Positions 9,459 through 20,169 are shown, numbered from the stretch's first letter. The stretch is DNA of 64,000 nucleotides from Gammaproteobacteria bacterium (GCA_030430155.1 JAUIFV010000001.1:8254-72253); one strand, 5' to 3'. Notes: a model not told the origin generated them from the letters alone. Numbers and translations are program-made.

Positions 9459-10646
9459 ATGAAGTCGCGATCATTGCCGCTCGGCAACGTTGCCATCGCC
9501 CTCGCCGCTCTCCTGCTGACCGCCTGCGGTGGCGCCGGCGGTCCACCCGAATTCCCGCCGCCCGAGGTCAACGTGGCGGTGGTGGAACAGTCTGAGGTCA
9601 CCGAATGGGACAGCTTCTCCGGCCATATCGAAGCGATTGAGACAGTGGATCTGCGCCCGCGGGTCACCGGCTATCTGGACAGCGTGCACTTCACCGAAGG
9701 CGGGCTGGTGAGCAAGGGCGACCTGCTGTTCCAGATTGACGACCGCGAATACCGCGCCGCCGCCGACTCCGCTCGTGCCGACCAGGCGCGCGCCGCGACC
9801 CGGCTGGAGCTGGCCCGGACCGAAGTGGCGCGATCGGAGAAGTTGGCCGCGATCAAGGCCGTTTCCGCCGAGGAGCTGGAGCAGCGCCGCGGCGAAGTGC
9901 AGCAGGCTCTGGCCGATCTGACAGCGGCCAAGGCCAGGGTTCGTCAGGCCCAACTGAACGTCGAGTTCTCACGCATCGAGGCGCCGATCAGCGGCCGCAT
10001 CGGCGCCGCCATGATCAAGCCCGGCAACCTGGTCCAGGCCGGGCAGAGCATGCTCACCACCTTGGTCTCCGTCGATCCGGTCTACGTCGCCTTTGAAGGC
10101 GATGAGCAGGTCTATCTGCGCTACCAGGAGCTGGCCCGTGAAGGCCTGCGGCCCAGTTCCAGGGACCAGCGCAATCCGGTCAAGGTCGGCTTGTCCAACG
10201 ATGAAGGTTATCCCCTCAACGGTGAGATGGTCTTCGTCGACAACCAGCTTGACCCACGCACCGGTTCGATACGCGCCCGCGCCTTGCTGGCCAATCCCGA
10301 CGGCCGCCTGACCCCGGGGCTGTTCGCCCGGGTCAAGCTGCTTGGCACCGGCGGCTATCAGGCCAAGCTGATCCACGAGCGGGCCGTGCTCACCGACCAG
10401 GACCGCAAATACGTCTACGTGGTCAACGCCGACAACCAGGCAATGCGCAAGGACGTCACTCTCGGCGCCCAGGTCGATGGTCTGCGGGTGGTGGAGAGCG
10501 GCCTGGAGCTGGGCGATCGGGTGGTGGTCAACGGCACCCGCAAGATCTTCTACCCCGGTGCGCCAGTCAATCCGGTGCAGGTGCCGATGAATGACCCCGA
10601 GTTCGTCGCCGCAGCGCCTGTCGCCACCGGCGAGACTGCTCCCTAG
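9459..10646 (+). CDS. efflux RND periplasmic adaptor (membrane fusion) lipoprotein
   Basis: Lipobox LLLTACGG. Coiled-coil hairpin region. Typical MexA/AcrA-like length and context. Confidence 0.9.
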   Translation: MKSRSLPLGNVAIALAALLLTACGGAGGPPEFPPPEVNVAVVEQSEVTEWDSFSGHIEAIETVDLRPRVTGYLDSVHFTEGGLVSKGDLLFQIDDREYRAAADSARADQARAATRLELARTEVARSEKLAAIKAVSAEELEQRRGEVQQALADLTAAKARVRQAQLNVEFSRIEAPISGRIGAAMIKPGNLVQAGQSMLTTLVSVDPVYVAFEGDEQVYLRYQELAREGLRPSSRDQRNPVKVGLSNDEGYPLNGEMVFVDNQLDPRTGSIRARALLANPDGRLTPGLFARVKLLGTGGYQAKLIHERAVLTDQDRKYVYVVNADNQAMRKDVTLGAQVDGLRVVESGLELGDRVVVNGTRKIFYPGAPVNPVQVPMNDPEFVAAAPVATGETAP

Positions 10647-10736
10647 CCCACTAGCGCATCGAATCCCAAACGCCGCAAGACTGCCCACTACGGCGGTCCG
10701 CGGCGGTTCAAGCCGAATTCAAAGGACGCCGTAGCC

Positions 10737-13700
10737 ATGTCCATGGACGCCTCCCGCTTCTTCGTCGACCGGCCGATCTTCGCCGCGGTGCTGTCGATAC
10801 TGATCTTCGTCGCCGGATTGATTGCGATCCCCAATCTGCCGATCAGCGAGTACCCCGAAGTGGTGCCGCCGTCGGTGCAGGTGCGCGCGGTCTATCCCGG
10901 TGCCGACCCCACCACCATCTCCGAAACCGTAGCCGCCCCGCTGGAAGAGGCGATCAACGGCGTGGAGAACATGATCTACATGAAGTCCATCGCCGGCTCC
11001 GATGGGGTGATGATGCTGACGGTGACCTTCAAGCAGGGCACCGACATCGACCTGGCCCAGGTGCAGGTGCAGAACCGCGTCGCCCAGGCCTTGCCGCGGC
11101 TGCCCGAAGCGGTGCGCGCGCTGGGCGTGTCGGCGACCAAGCAGTCGCCCAATCTGACCATGGTGGTGCATCTGCTCTCGCCCGACGAGCGCTACGACGC
11201 GCTGTATTTGCGCAACTACGCCACCCTCAACATCAAGGACGAGATCGCCCGCATCCCCGGCGTTGGTCAGGCGCTGATCTTCGGCTCCGGCGACTACTCG
11301 ATGCGGGTTTGGCTGGACCCGGAAAAGGCCGCGGCCCGCTCGATGACCGCCGCCGACATCGTTGGCGCGATACGCGAACAGAACATCCAGGTCTCCGCCG
11401 GCGCCATCGGCGCGCCGCCACAGGCCTCCAAGACCGACTTCCAGCTGCCGATCAGCGTCAAGGGTCGTTTGGACAGCATTGAGGAGTTCGAGCAGATCGT
11501 GGTCAAGACCGGCGACGATGGCGAAATCACCCGGCTGATCGACGTGGCCAGAGTGGAGCTCGGCGCCAACGAGTACGCCTTGCGCTCGCTGCTCAACGGC
11601 AAGCAGGCGGTGGCCATCCCGATCTTCGAATCGCCCGGCGCCAATGCGGTGCAGCTGTCTACCGATGTGCGCGCCAAGATGGCCGAGCTGGCTCAGTCCT
11701 TCCCCGAAGGTGTGGAGTGGGACGTGGTCTACGATCCCACCGTGTTCGTGCGCGATTCCATCCGCGCGGTGGTCACAACGCTGCTCGAAGCGGTCGCCCT
11801 GGTGGTGCTGGTGGTAGTGGTCTTCCTGCAGACCTGGCGCGCCTCGCTGATTCCCCTGATCGCGGTGCCGGTGTCCATCGTCGGCACCTTCGCGGTGCTC
11901 TGGCTACTGGGTTTTTCCATCAACGTGCTGACCCTGTTCGGCTTGGTGCTGGCGATCGGCATCGTGGTCGATGACGCCATCGTGGTGGTGGAGAACGTCG
12001 AGCGTCATATCGAGGAAGGCATGGCGCCGCTGGCCGCCGCGCACAAGGCGATGGAGGAGGTGTCTGGGCCGATTATCGCCATCTCGCTGGTGCTGGCCTC
12101 GGTGTTCGTGCCGCTGGCCTTCCTGGGCGGGGTAACCGGTGAGTTCTATCGCCAGTTTGCGGTGACCATTGCGGTGTCGGTGGTGATCTCGGCGATCAAC
12201 TCGCTGACCCTGTCGCCGGCGCTGTCTGCGGTGCTGCTGCAGCGTCACGATGCGCCCAAGGATCGGCTGGGGCGCTGGATCGAGGCCGGCTTGGGCTGGT
12301 TCTTCCGCCCCTTCAACCGGGTCTTTGCCAGTGCCGGCGAGGCCTACGGCGAGTCGGTGGCGCGCAACACGCGCCGCGGCGGACGATTGCTGCTGGTCTA
12401 CGCGGTCCTGCTGGTGGCCTGCGTGATGGCCTTCCGCGCGGTACCCGGCGGTTTCATTCCCATTCAGGACAAGCAGTATTTGTTCGCCGGCGTGCTGATG
12501 CCCGAGGGCGCCTCGCTGGACCGTACCGAGGCGGCGATCCAGAAGATGTCGGAGATCGCCAGAAACACCGATGGGGTGGAGAGCGCGGTGGCCTTCCCCG
12601 GCCTCAACGCGCTGCAGTTCAGCAACACGCCGAACATGGGCACCATCTTCATCGGTCTGGAGGACTTCGCCACCCGCGAGGAGCTGGCCAAGGACATTGC
12701 GATCACCCTCAGCGGTCAGTTCAGCCAGATCAAGGAAGGCCTGGCCTTCGCCTTCATGCCGCCGCCGGTGCTCGGCCTGGGCAACGCTGCCGGCTTCGAG
12801 ATGTACGTGCAGGACCGCGGCGGGCTGGGCTTTGGCGAGCTCAACAATCAGGTCCAGGCGCTCGCCGGCCGCTTGCGCAGCACGCCCGGCTTCGATCCCT
12901 ACTCGGTCATCAGCTCCTATCAGTCCAACGTGCCCAAGCTGGAGGCCAGCGTCGATCGCACCAAGGCCAAGGAGCAGGGCCTGCAGCTCACTGACGTGTT
13001 CCAGACCCTGCAGATCTACCTGGGCTCGGCCTACGTCAACGACATGAACCTATTCGGCCGCACCTACAGCGTTTACGCCCAGGCCGACGCGCCCTTCCGC
13101 GATGAGATTGACGACATCACCAATTTGAAGACCCGCAACGGCGCGGGCGAGATGGTGCCGATCGGCTCGGTGGTGCAGGTCAGCGAAAGCTTCGGTCCGG
13201 ACCCGGTGATCCGCTACAACGGCTATCCGGCGGCCGATCTGGGCGCTGCCGCCGATCCCTCGCAGATGTCCGGCAACCAGGCCATTGCGATGGCCGCGCA
13301 GTTCGCCCAGCAGTCGCTGCCCAGCGGAATGACCTTCGAATGGACCGGATTGACCTACCAGCAGCTGGCCCAAAGCAACCTGACCCTGCTGGTGTTCCCG
13401 CTGTGCGTGATGCTGGTCTACCTGGTGCTGGCGGCGCTGTATGAGAGCTGGTCGCTGCCGCTGTCGGTGATCCTGATCGTGCCGATGGCGCTGCTCGCGG
13501 CGGTCGGCGGGATCTTCATGATCAACTTCATCCACGGCCTGTCGCTGGCGATCTGGCCGCCTACCGGCCCTCCGACCTTCCTGGACAACAACATCTTCAC
13601 CCAGATCGGTTTTGTGGTGCTGATGGGTCTGGCCTGCAAGAACGCGATCCTGATCGTCGAGTTCGCCCGCGATCTGGAGCAGCAGGGACGCAGCATCATC

Positions 13701-13949
13701 GAAGCGGCCATCGAGGCCTCCCGACTGCGGCTGCGGCCGATCCTGATGACCTCCTTCGCCTTCATCATGGGCGTGGTGCCGCTGGTCTTCGCCTCCGGCG
13801 CCGGTGAGGAGATTCGTCACGTGATGGGGGTAACGGTGTTCTGCGGGATGCTCGGGGTGACCATCTTCGGGCTGTTCCTGACCCCAGTGTTCTACGTGGT
13901 GGTGCGCACGCTGGCCGAGCGCAGCAGCAAGGAGACGGCCCATGCTTAA
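10737..13949 (+). CDS. RND multidrug efflux permease (AcrB/MexB-like)
   Basis: 1070 aa. N-terminus MSMDASRFFVDRPIFAAVLSILIFVAG is typical of HAE1 pumps. 12-TM architecture. Confidence 0.95.
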   Translation: MSMDASRFFVDRPIFAAVLSILIFVAGLIAIPNLPISEYPEVVPPSVQVRAVYPGADPTTISETVAAPLEEAINGVENMIYMKSIAGSDGVMMLTVTFKQGTDIDLAQVQVQNRVAQALPRLPEAVRALGVSATKQSPNLTMVVHLLSPDERYDALYLRNYATLNIKDEIARIPGVGQALIFGSGDYSMRVWLDPEKAAARSMTAADIVGAIREQNIQVSAGAIGAPPQASKTDFQLPISVKGRLDSIEEFEQIVVKTGDDGEITRLIDVARVELGANEYALRSLLNGKQAVAIPIFESPGANAVQLSTDVRAKMAELAQSFPEGVEWDVVYDPTVFVRDSIRAVVTTLLEAVALVVLVVVVFLQTWRASLIPLIAVPVSIVGTFAVLWLLGFSINVLTLFGLVLAIGIVVDDAIVVVENVERHIEEGMAPLAAAHKAMEEVSGPIIAISLVLASVFVPLAFLGGVTGEFYRQFAVTIAVSVVISAINSLTLSPALSAVLLQRHDAPKDRLGRWIEAGLGWFFRPFNRVFASAGEAYGESVARNTRRGGRLLLVYAVLLVACVMAFRAVPGGFIPIQDKQYLFAGVLMPEGASLDRTEAAIQKMSEIARNTDGVESAVAFPGLNALQFSNTPNMGTIFIGLEDFATREELAKDIAITLSGQFSQIKEGLAFAFMPPPVLGLGNAAGFEMYVQDRGGLGFGELNNQVQALAGRLRSTPGFDPYSVISSYQSNVPKLEASVDRTKAKEQGLQLTDVFQTLQIYLGSAYVNDMNLFGRTYSVYAQADAPFRDEIDDITNLKTRNGAGEMVPIGSVVQVSESFGPDPVIRYNGYPAADLGAAADPSQMSGNQAIAMAAQFAQQSLPSGMTFEWTGLTYQQLAQSNLTLLVFPLCVMLVYLVLAALYESWSLPLSVILIVPMALLAAVGGIFMINFIHGLSLAIWPPTGPPTFLDNNIFTQIGFVVLMGLACKNAILIVEFARDLEQQGRSIIEAAIEASRLRLRPILMTSFAFIMGVVPLVFASGAGEEIRHVMGVTVFCGMLGVTIFGLFLTPVFYVVVRTLAERSSKETAHA

Positions 13950-15396
13950 GTCGATCAAAGCCACGTGCCGACGCGCCCTTCCGCTCGCTGCCGCGCTTGC
14001 GCTGAGCGCCTGCGCGGTGGGCCCGGATTACCGCGAACCGCAAACCGACTTGGTCCCGTCTGAGTTCGATCAGGCCCAGGGCTACGCCGTTCAGCCGGCG
14101 CAGGGTGCGCTGTGGGAAGCGCTGGGTGATCCGGATCTGCAGCGGCTGCTGGAACGGGCCCGAGTGGAGAACCGGGACTTGGCGCTGGCCTTGGGCCGCC
14201 TCAACGAGGTGCGCGCCTTGCGCGGCTTGACCGTGTTCAGCCTGTTCCCGACGGTCACCGCGGGCGCCGACGGCGAACGCAACAAGCCTTCCGGACGCGA
14301 TCCCAATCTGCCCCCGGACATCGCCCAGACCAACGACAGCTACCGCCTGGGCTTCGACGCGATCTGGGAGATCGATCTGTTCGGCAGCCTGAAGCGGCAG
14401 AGCGAGGCGATCTATCGAGACACCGAGGCGGCGCGTGCGCGCCTGGCCGATACCCAGCGCATCGTCGAAGCGGAAGTGGCGCAGGCCTACGTGGCGCTGC
14501 GCGGCACCCAGGCCAGGCTGGCGGTGCAGCGCCGCAACGTGGCCAACCTGGAAGAGAACATCAAGCTGCTCGAGCAGATGCTGGAGGCCGGCCGAGGCAC
14601 CGCACTGGACGTCGCCCGGCAGCGCGCCCTGGGTCTGTCGGTGGCGGCCAATCTGCCGCAGCTGGAGGCCGAAGTGGCGCGTCACGAGCAGCGCCTGGCG
14701 GTGCTCACCGCGCAGAGCGCGCAGTCCCTGCGCGAATCCATCGCCGACCAGCGCGAACTGCCGATGCGCACCGATCTGGTCGCCATCGGCACGCCGCTGG
14801 ACTGGCTGCAGCGGCGCCCGGACGTGCAGGCCGCCGAGCGCGATCTGGCCGCCGCCACCGCGCGCATCGGCGCCGAGACTGCCGAGCTTTACCCCAAACT
14901 CAATCTCACCGGCGCCTTCGGCTGGACCGCGGCCAGCGCCGGCGATCTGTTCGAGAGCGACGCCGAACGCTGGCGCTTCGGCCCGGTGCTGAGCTGGAAC
15001 TTCCTCGATTACGGCCGGGTCAAGCGGCGCATCCTTGCCGCCGAGGCGCGCACCGAGCAGGCCCTGGCGACTTTCGAAAACACGCTGCTGCGGGCGCTGG
15101 AAGAAACCGAAAACGCCCTGGCCGGCTACCGCGCCGCGCAGCAGTCGGCGCTGATCCTGCAGCAGGCCAGCAGCGAGGCCGATCAGGCCCTCAATCTGGC
15201 CCGTCAGCGCCTGGACGCCGGCGCTGGCGACTATCTGGTCGTACTGGACGCCGAGCGCACCGCCCTGGACCTGCGCGACCAGTCCCTGCAGGCCGCCACC
15301 AACCGCGCCACCGCGCTGGTGGCGCTTTACAAGGCGCTGGCCGGGGACTTCGTACGAGTCGCGCAGGACGATCGCATTCTGCCGCCGGATTGGTAG
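13942..15396 (+). CDS. efflux outer membrane factor lipoprotein, NodT/OprM family
   Basis: Overlaps the RND stop by 8 nt. Lipobox LALSACAVGPDY. 484 aa. Confidence 0.9.
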   Translation: MLKSIKATCRRALPLAAALALSACAVGPDYREPQTDLVPSEFDQAQGYAVQPAQGALWEALGDPDLQRLLERARVENRDLALALGRLNEVRALRGLTVFSLFPTVTAGADGERNKPSGRDPNLPPDIAQTNDSYRLGFDAIWEIDLFGSLKRQSEAIYRDTEAARARLADTQRIVEAEVAQAYVALRGTQARLAVQRRNVANLEENIKLLEQMLEAGRGTALDVARQRALGLSVAANLPQLEAEVARHEQRLAVLTAQSAQSLRESIADQRELPMRTDLVAIGTPLDWLQRRPDVQAAERDLAAATARIGAETAELYPKLNLTGAFGWTAASAGDLFESDAERWRFGPVLSWNFLDYGRVKRRILAAEARTEQALATFENTLLRALEETENALAGYRAAQQSALILQQASSEADQALNLARQRLDAGAGDYLVVLDAERTALDLRDQSLQAATNRATALVALYKALAGDFVRVAQDDRILPPDW

Positions 15397-15407
15397 ATAG
15401 ACGCAAC

Positions 15408-15491
15408 GAAAGGGCCCAGTAAGAGCAAGAGCAGGGCCCAGGGCCCAGATCGATGCCCCGGACTTGGCGGGCTAGGCCCCTGAGCCCTTTC
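15408..15491. repeat. GGGCCCA heptad element between convergent OMF and DUF3052-like genes
   Basis: GAAAGGGCCCAG ... GGGCCCAGGGCCCAG ... CTGAGCCCTTTC. Overlaps the stop of the minus-strand gene. Confidence 0.75.
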
Positions 15492-15912
15492 CGCGCATCT
15501 CCTTACGCCATACCAGCTTGAGCCCGGACCAGACCTCGCTGACCGCGCAGACCTTGATGTCGACCAGACCCAGCGGCAGGCACAGTTCGCGGATCACGTC
15601 TTCGGTGATGGTGGTGGGTACTTTGGAGGCCCGCTTGGGCCAGGAGATCCACAGGCTGCGGTCGGGGAAGATGGCTTTGCCGAGCTCCGGCAGGGCAGCC
15701 GCCAAGTCCTCGCGCGAGGTACCGAACCAATGCAGCACGGCGTACTCGGCACCGGCTTCGGTCACATCGATACAGTGTAAGGAGGCGTCTACGGGTAGCG
15801 GCTCGAGCCAATCCGCGTAGGCTTCGGGGGCACTGATGCCAGCGAGCTTGGCGCCGGGCTTGACTCCAAGCTTCTTGGCCAGTGGCGTACCCGAATAACC
15901 GGCGGTTGGCAT
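15472..15912 (-). CDS. small conserved protein (DUF3052-like)
   Basis: 146-aa ORF (MPTAGYSGTPLAKKLGVKPG...), last gene of the HK-RR operon. Family assignment is from memory only. Confidence 0.5.
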   Translation of the reverse strand: MPTAGYSGTPLAKKLGVKPGAKLAGISAPEAYADWLEPLPVDASLHCIDVTEAGAEYAVLHWFGTSREDLAAALPELGKAIFPDRSLWISWPKRASKVPTTITEDVIRELCLPLGLVDIKVCAVSEVWSGLKLVWRKEMRGKGSGA

Positions 15913-15927
15913 CGCGCGGACTTGCGG

Positions 15928-16860
15928 TCAGTTGACCCGACCCGCCCCCAGCAGCCGCGACGGCAGCAGCTTGATCCGTTCCAGCAGCGAGGCATTGAGC
16001 CAGGAGGGCGACACGCGCGGGGCGACCAGGAATCGGCGGGCGGCCTTGGGGTTCTGCTTGAGCTGCCAGTAGCGACCCACGGCGGCTTCGACGCTGAGTC
16101 GGCAGGAGCCGATGCGTACCGGCTTGAGCAGCATCCGGTAGACCTGACCTTCGTTGATCAAATCGATGGCCAGCTGGGCGTTGGCCCTGTCGGTGATCAC
16201 CACCGTGGCGATGTGCGGGTGATATTGCTTCAGCGACTTGATCATCTCGGTCAGATCGCCGCGCTGGCTTTCGGTTTCCGAGATCACCACGCCGGTTTCG
16301 TGCTGCTCCAGCACCTGCAGGGCGCGTTCGGTGGTCGCTGCAAAGCGCACCTGATAGTGCGGCGCGAGTATCTCGCGCAGACGCTTCTGGGTTTCCGGAT
16401 CGTCTTCGATGACCAGGATACCGACCCGCTGCCTGGCCTCGTCCTGCTCGCGCTCGTTGATCGGCTCGGCGTCCACCACCGGCGCCTCGCGGGCGATCTT
16501 GGCGGCCAGCTCGACCAGTGCGGTCAGTTCGCGGTTGTCCCAGGGCTTGTTGACGTAGCGGAATACCTCGCCCTCGTTGACCGAGCCGAGGATCGCCTGC
16601 AGGTCGGCATAGCCGGTGAGCAGGATGCGCATCGCCCGCGGCTGCACCGCGCGGATCTCGCGCAGCACCTCCACGCCCATCATAACCGGCATCCGCTGAT
16701 CGCAAACGATGACATCGATGTCGGCGTCTTTGGCGATGCGGATCGCCTCCTGCGGATCGCTGGTGATGTAGACCTCGTGATGCCTGAACAGCGCCTTGAG
16801 TGCGCGCAGGATGCGGGCCTCGTCATCGATACAAAGGATTTTGATCGGTTTGGCGCTCAC
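15928..16860 (-). CDS. response regulator with two receiver domains and no recognisable output domain
   Basis: REC1 has ILCIDDE, VIVCDQRMP and VNKPW. A second REC-like domain (ILVIEDDPE ... LLKPV) has ISETE where the acceptor Asp is expected, by eye. Confidence 0.8.
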   Translation of the reverse strand: MSAKPIKILCIDDEARILRALKALFRHHEVYITSDPQEAIRIAKDADIDVIVCDQRMPVMMGVEVLREIRAVQPRAMRILLTGYADLQAILGSVNEGEVFRYVNKPWDNRELTALVELAAKIAREAPVVDAEPINEREQDEARQRVGILVIEDDPETQKRLREILAPHYQVRFAATTERALQVLEQHETGVVISETESQRGDLTEMIKSLKQYHPHIATVVITDRANAQLAIDLINEGQVYRMLLKPVRIGSCRLSVEAAVGRYWQLKQNPKAARRFLVAPRVSPSWLNASLLERIKLLPSRLLGAGRVN

Positions 16861-16905
16861 GATTGGAAACGATCTCTCCGGATAGGGTTATTGCTGGCGG
16901 CGACG

Positions 16906-17898
16906 CTAGGCGCTCTTGCGCAATGCTGCATGATCCACCGGCAGACTAACAGTGAAGGTCGTCCCAGTCCCTGCCGCAGTTCGCACCTTGATGTTGCCGT
17001 TATGGGCATGAACGATCTTGTGCACGATGGACAGACCCAGCCCGGTGCCCTCGCCGACTGCCTTGGTGGTAAAGAAGGGGTCGAATATCTTCGGCATCAC
17101 CTCATCGGGAATGCCTGGCCCGCTGTCTTCCACTTCCAGTTCGACAAAGTCTCCGTTGCGCTGGCAGCGCAGCGTCAGAGTGCCTTCGTCGCCCATGGCC
17201 TGGGCCGCGTTGTTGATCAAATTCAGCACCACTTGATTGATCTGGCTGGGCACGCAGCGCACCGCCGGTACTTCCTTGAGCTCCTTGATCACCTTGATCC
17301 GGTCGCGCAGCTGATGTTGGGCGATGGTCAACGCGCTTTCGATGCTCTCGTTGACCTTCATCAAATCCATGCCGTCGCTGTCGACCCGGGCAAATCCTTT
17401 CAGATTGCGAACCAGATTGGTCAGCTGATCGAGACCGTCGACCGAGTCCTGCAACAGTTCGGTGGCATCGTCCAGCTTGGCGGCGGCGATCGCCTTGATC
17501 GCGGTGGAAATCTTCACGGCGGCCTTGCGCACTGCCTCCTGGGCCTGCTCCGAGCTCAGATCCGCTCGCGCCAGTTTGTCCAGATAGTCGGCGGCCACCA
17601 GCAACTTCTTGCTCGATTGCTCCAGATGCTCATCGACCAGTTCACCGACCACTTCCACGTTGCTTTTGACAAAGCCCAGCGGCGTATTCATTTCGTGGGC
17701 GACACCGGCGATCATCTGCCCCAGCGAAGCCAGTTTGGTGGTGTGGATCACCTGAGATTGAGTGCTTTGCAGCGACTTGAATTCCTCGCCCGCCGCAGCC
17801 GCGCGCTTGCGTTCTGCGTAGACGCGGCTGGCCAGCCAGGCTGCCAGAACCAGGGACAGGGCGGTAACGATCGACAAAACCAGCGTAGTTGAGCTCAT
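16906..17898 (-). CDS. sensor histidine kinase (single N-terminal TM, HisKA + HATPase_c)
   Basis: H-box [13 protein letters not shown]1 and G2 boxes ([23 protein letters not shown]). Confidence 0.85.
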   Translation of the reverse strand: MSSTTLVLSIVTALSLVLAAWLASRVYAERKRAAAAGEEFKSLQSTQSQVIHTTKLASLGQMIAGVAHEMNTPLGFVKSNVEVVGELVDEHLEQSSKKLLVAADYLDKLARADLSSEQAQEAVRKAAVKISTAIKAIAAAKLDDATELLQDSVDGLDQLTNLVRNLKGFARVDSDGMDLMKVNESIESALTIAQHQLRDRIKVIKELKEVPAVRCVPSQINQVVLNLINNAAQAMGDEGTLTLRCQRNGDFVELEVEDSGPGIPDEVMPKIFDPFFTTKAVGEGTGLGLSIVHKIVHAHNGNIKVRTAAGTGTTFTVSLPVDHAALRKSA

Positions 17899-18127
17899 CG
17901 CTCCGGCGCGCTTGCGCGTCCGACTCCTTTGGTGATTGACCGCAAGACCTCAACTTTCGCAGAGAGTCCACGCAAAAACAACGAGATGCCGCGTTTATGT
18001 GAGGTCCAGTCACGAAAATGGCGCACTTTGGCCCTTGTGTCGGGCTATGAATCGCCGACAACGCCGTCTTGCCAAGCCCTCGCTATACTTTGCCGGCCGC
18101 GTTTCAATCTCTCGTCCACCTATACCC

Positions 18128-18982
18128 ATGACCAATTACGCGATTTATGTCGACGTTGGCTATCTCTACGCCGAGGGCAGCAGACTGCTCAGCGGCATGC
18201 GTCAGCCGCGCCATGCCATCCATGTCGATTACGACGGATTCCTGCGCTTTCTGGAGGAGTTCGTTGCCGATCGACAACCACAGCGTGAGCTGCTGCGGGT
18301 GTATTGGTACGACGGCGCCCGCGGCGCGCCCACGCCCGCGCAGCTGGCGATCGGCTATCGCGACCAGATCAAGCTGCGTCTGGGTCTGGTCGACACGTCC
18401 GGGCAGCAGCGCGGGGTCGACGCGCTATTCGTCCGCGACCTGGTGATGGATGCGCACCATCGCAACATCAGCGATGCCTGGCTGGTGACCGGCGATGACG
18501 ACTTGCGCGGCGGTTTGCTGGTGGCACAGGAGTTGGGAGTACGTATCCACCTGCTCGGGCTTGGCGATGGTGACAACCACAATCAGGCCCGCGCGCTGCT
18601 GCTGGACGCCGATAGCGCCCATCTGTGGGAGCGTGAGCAGGTGGCACAGTGGATGGAGGTGCGCGCCAGCATCGGCGACGCCGATCCGGATGATGACGCC
18701 GAACCGGCCTACTCGAAGCTGCCCGCCGACAGCGATCTGGCCGAATCGGCGCTGATCATGGCCCTGGATTTCAGTACCAGCTTTGATATCGAAGAGCTGG
18801 AGGAGATCATCGAATCCTGGAGCGTTGCTCGGCAGGGCATCCCGCCGCGCTACGACAAACCGCTGATCTGGCGCTTTGTGCAGCAGTGGCCGGGTGAAGT
18901 CGGGCCCACCGAGAAGCGCGCGGTGCGCTCGGCGCTGATCGAGGCCTGCCGAAAGCGACTGGCCGATCTGCAGGACGATTGA
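18128..18982 (+). CDS. NYN (LabA-like) domain protein with acidic linker and C-terminal helical domain
   Basis: Start trimmed to MTNYAIYVDVGYLY. Also has VDALFVRDLV and WLVTGDDDL, acidic-residue-rich segments typical of NYN/PIN-like nucleases. Confidence 0.65.
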   Translation: MTNYAIYVDVGYLYAEGSRLLSGMRQPRHAIHVDYDGFLRFLEEFVADRQPQRELLRVYWYDGARGAPTPAQLAIGYRDQIKLRLGLVDTSGQQRGVDALFVRDLVMDAHHRNISDAWLVTGDDDLRGGLLVAQELGVRIHLLGLGDGDNHNQARALLLDADSAHLWEREQVAQWMEVRASIGDADPDDDAEPAYSKLPADSDLAESALIMALDFSTSFDIEELEEIIESWSVARQGIPPRYDKPLIWRFVQQWPGEVGPTEKRAVRSALIEACRKRLADLQDD

Positions 18983-18993
18983 CCAGCCAAACA

Positions 18994-19025
18994 GGGCTCA
19001 GGGCCCAGGGCTTAGGGCCCAGGGT
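18994..19025. repeat. solo GGGCYYA heptad block
   Basis: GGGCTCAGGGCCCAGGGCTTAGGGCCCAGGG, 12 nt after the NYN gene stop. Confidence 0.75.
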
Positions 19026-19054
19026 GGCAAGCCAACACTTCAGGACGGTGGCGA

Positions 19055-19870
19055 ATGGATCTCAGTCAGATTCTGATACTTGCGGTAGTGCAGGCGCTCA
19101 CCGAGTTCCTACCGATTTCGTCGTCGGCACACCTTTATCTGGCCGCAGAGCTGTGGGGCTGGCAGTACCAGGGAGTGCTGTTTGATTTGGGCCTGCACCT
19201 GGGCACCCTGTTTGCGGTCGTGCTGTGGTATCGCCGCGAATGGTTGGCGATGGCTGGCGGCGCGCTGCGTTGGCGACCGGGTGCGGCCATCGACGAGCAG
19301 CAGCGGCTGCTGCTGCACTTGATCCTGGCCACGGTGCCGGGGGCGCTGGTGGCGCTGGCGCTCAGTCAGGCCGAGGGCGTCAGTCTGGCACTGCGCAGCT
19401 ACGGGGTGATCGCCACCACGCAGATCGGATTTGGTCTGCTGTTGTGGTGGGCCTGGCAACGCGCGAGCAGCAACGCCAGCGATGAGTTCGCCTTGGACTG
19501 GCGCACCGCGCTGATTATCGGCGGCGCGCAGTGTCTGGCACTGGTTCCGGGCACCTCGCGCTCCGGCGTGTGCATGACCGCGGCGCTGCTGCTGGGCATG
19601 GCCAGACCGGCCGCGGCGCGCTTTGCCTTTCTGCTTGCGGTTCCGATCATCTCGCTCGGTGCCGCGCATGCCGCCATGGAATTCGCCGGCGGCAACGACA
19701 GTACGCCGTTCGGCGACTTCCTGATCGGCATGGTGGCATCGGCAGCAGCCGGACTGCTGGTGATCCCCATGTTTCTGGGCACCCTGCAGCGGATCGGAAT
19801 GACGCCGTTTCTGGTTTATCGGTTGGGGTTGGGTGGAGTTTTGTTGTGGATGATTTGGAGTGGCGGGTAG
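19055..19870 (+). CDS. uppP: undecaprenyl-diphosphate phosphatase
   Basis: MDLSQILILAVVQALTEFLPISSSAHL and PGTSRSG motifs. 271 aa. Confidence 0.9.
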   Translation: MDLSQILILAVVQALTEFLPISSSAHLYLAAELWGWQYQGVLFDLGLHLGTLFAVVLWYRREWLAMAGGALRWRPGAAIDEQQRLLLHLILATVPGALVALALSQAEGVSLALRSYGVIATTQIGFGLLLWWAWQRASSNASDEFALDWRTALIIGGAQCLALVPGTSRSGVCMTAALLLGMARPAAARFAFLLAVPIISLGAAHAAMEFAGGNDSTPFGDFLIGMVASAAAGLLVIPMFLGTLQRIGMTPFLVYRLGLGGVLLWMIWSGG

Positions 19871-19873
19871 TTA

Positions 19874-20169
19874 GGGCTGAGGGCTGAGGGCTGAGGGCTG
19901 AGGGCTGAGGGCTGAGAAGAGCTTTTCAGATCCCGCTTGCGAAGGGACATTGTCGATCGACCGGGATTCGGACGCACTGCCAATAAGGCAGGCTGCGCTT
20001 TAGGCGACCCGCAAGAGCCCGGCTACTGTCCTTCGACAATCATGTGAGTTAAGCGCATTGGTCCGCCAGCGGCCGCGCGCGCAAACTCCGCTAATCCGAA
20101 CCCGAATTCCAAACTCCGAACTGCGATGCTTTCCTCAGCCCTCAGCCCTCAGCCCTCAGCCCTCAGCCC
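19874..20169. repeat. 296-bp element with (GGGCTGA)5 / (TCAGCCC)5 inverted termini
   Basis: Left end 19874-19908 + GAAGAGC. Right end 20135-20169. Between convergent uppP and DHH genes. Confidence 0.85.

Noticed and set aside
15503-17892. 400-aa minus-strand and 656-aa plus-strand ORFs overlapping the RR/HK operon
   Set aside because: These are alternative or antisense frames with Arg/Gly/Ala-rich composition. The REC and HATPase motifs are in the chosen frames.
19874-20169. Heptad arrays considered as CRISPR or another spacer-containing array
   Set aside because: The units are 7 nt and contiguous, with no spacers and no cas genes. The arrays occur as inverted termini of larger elements.
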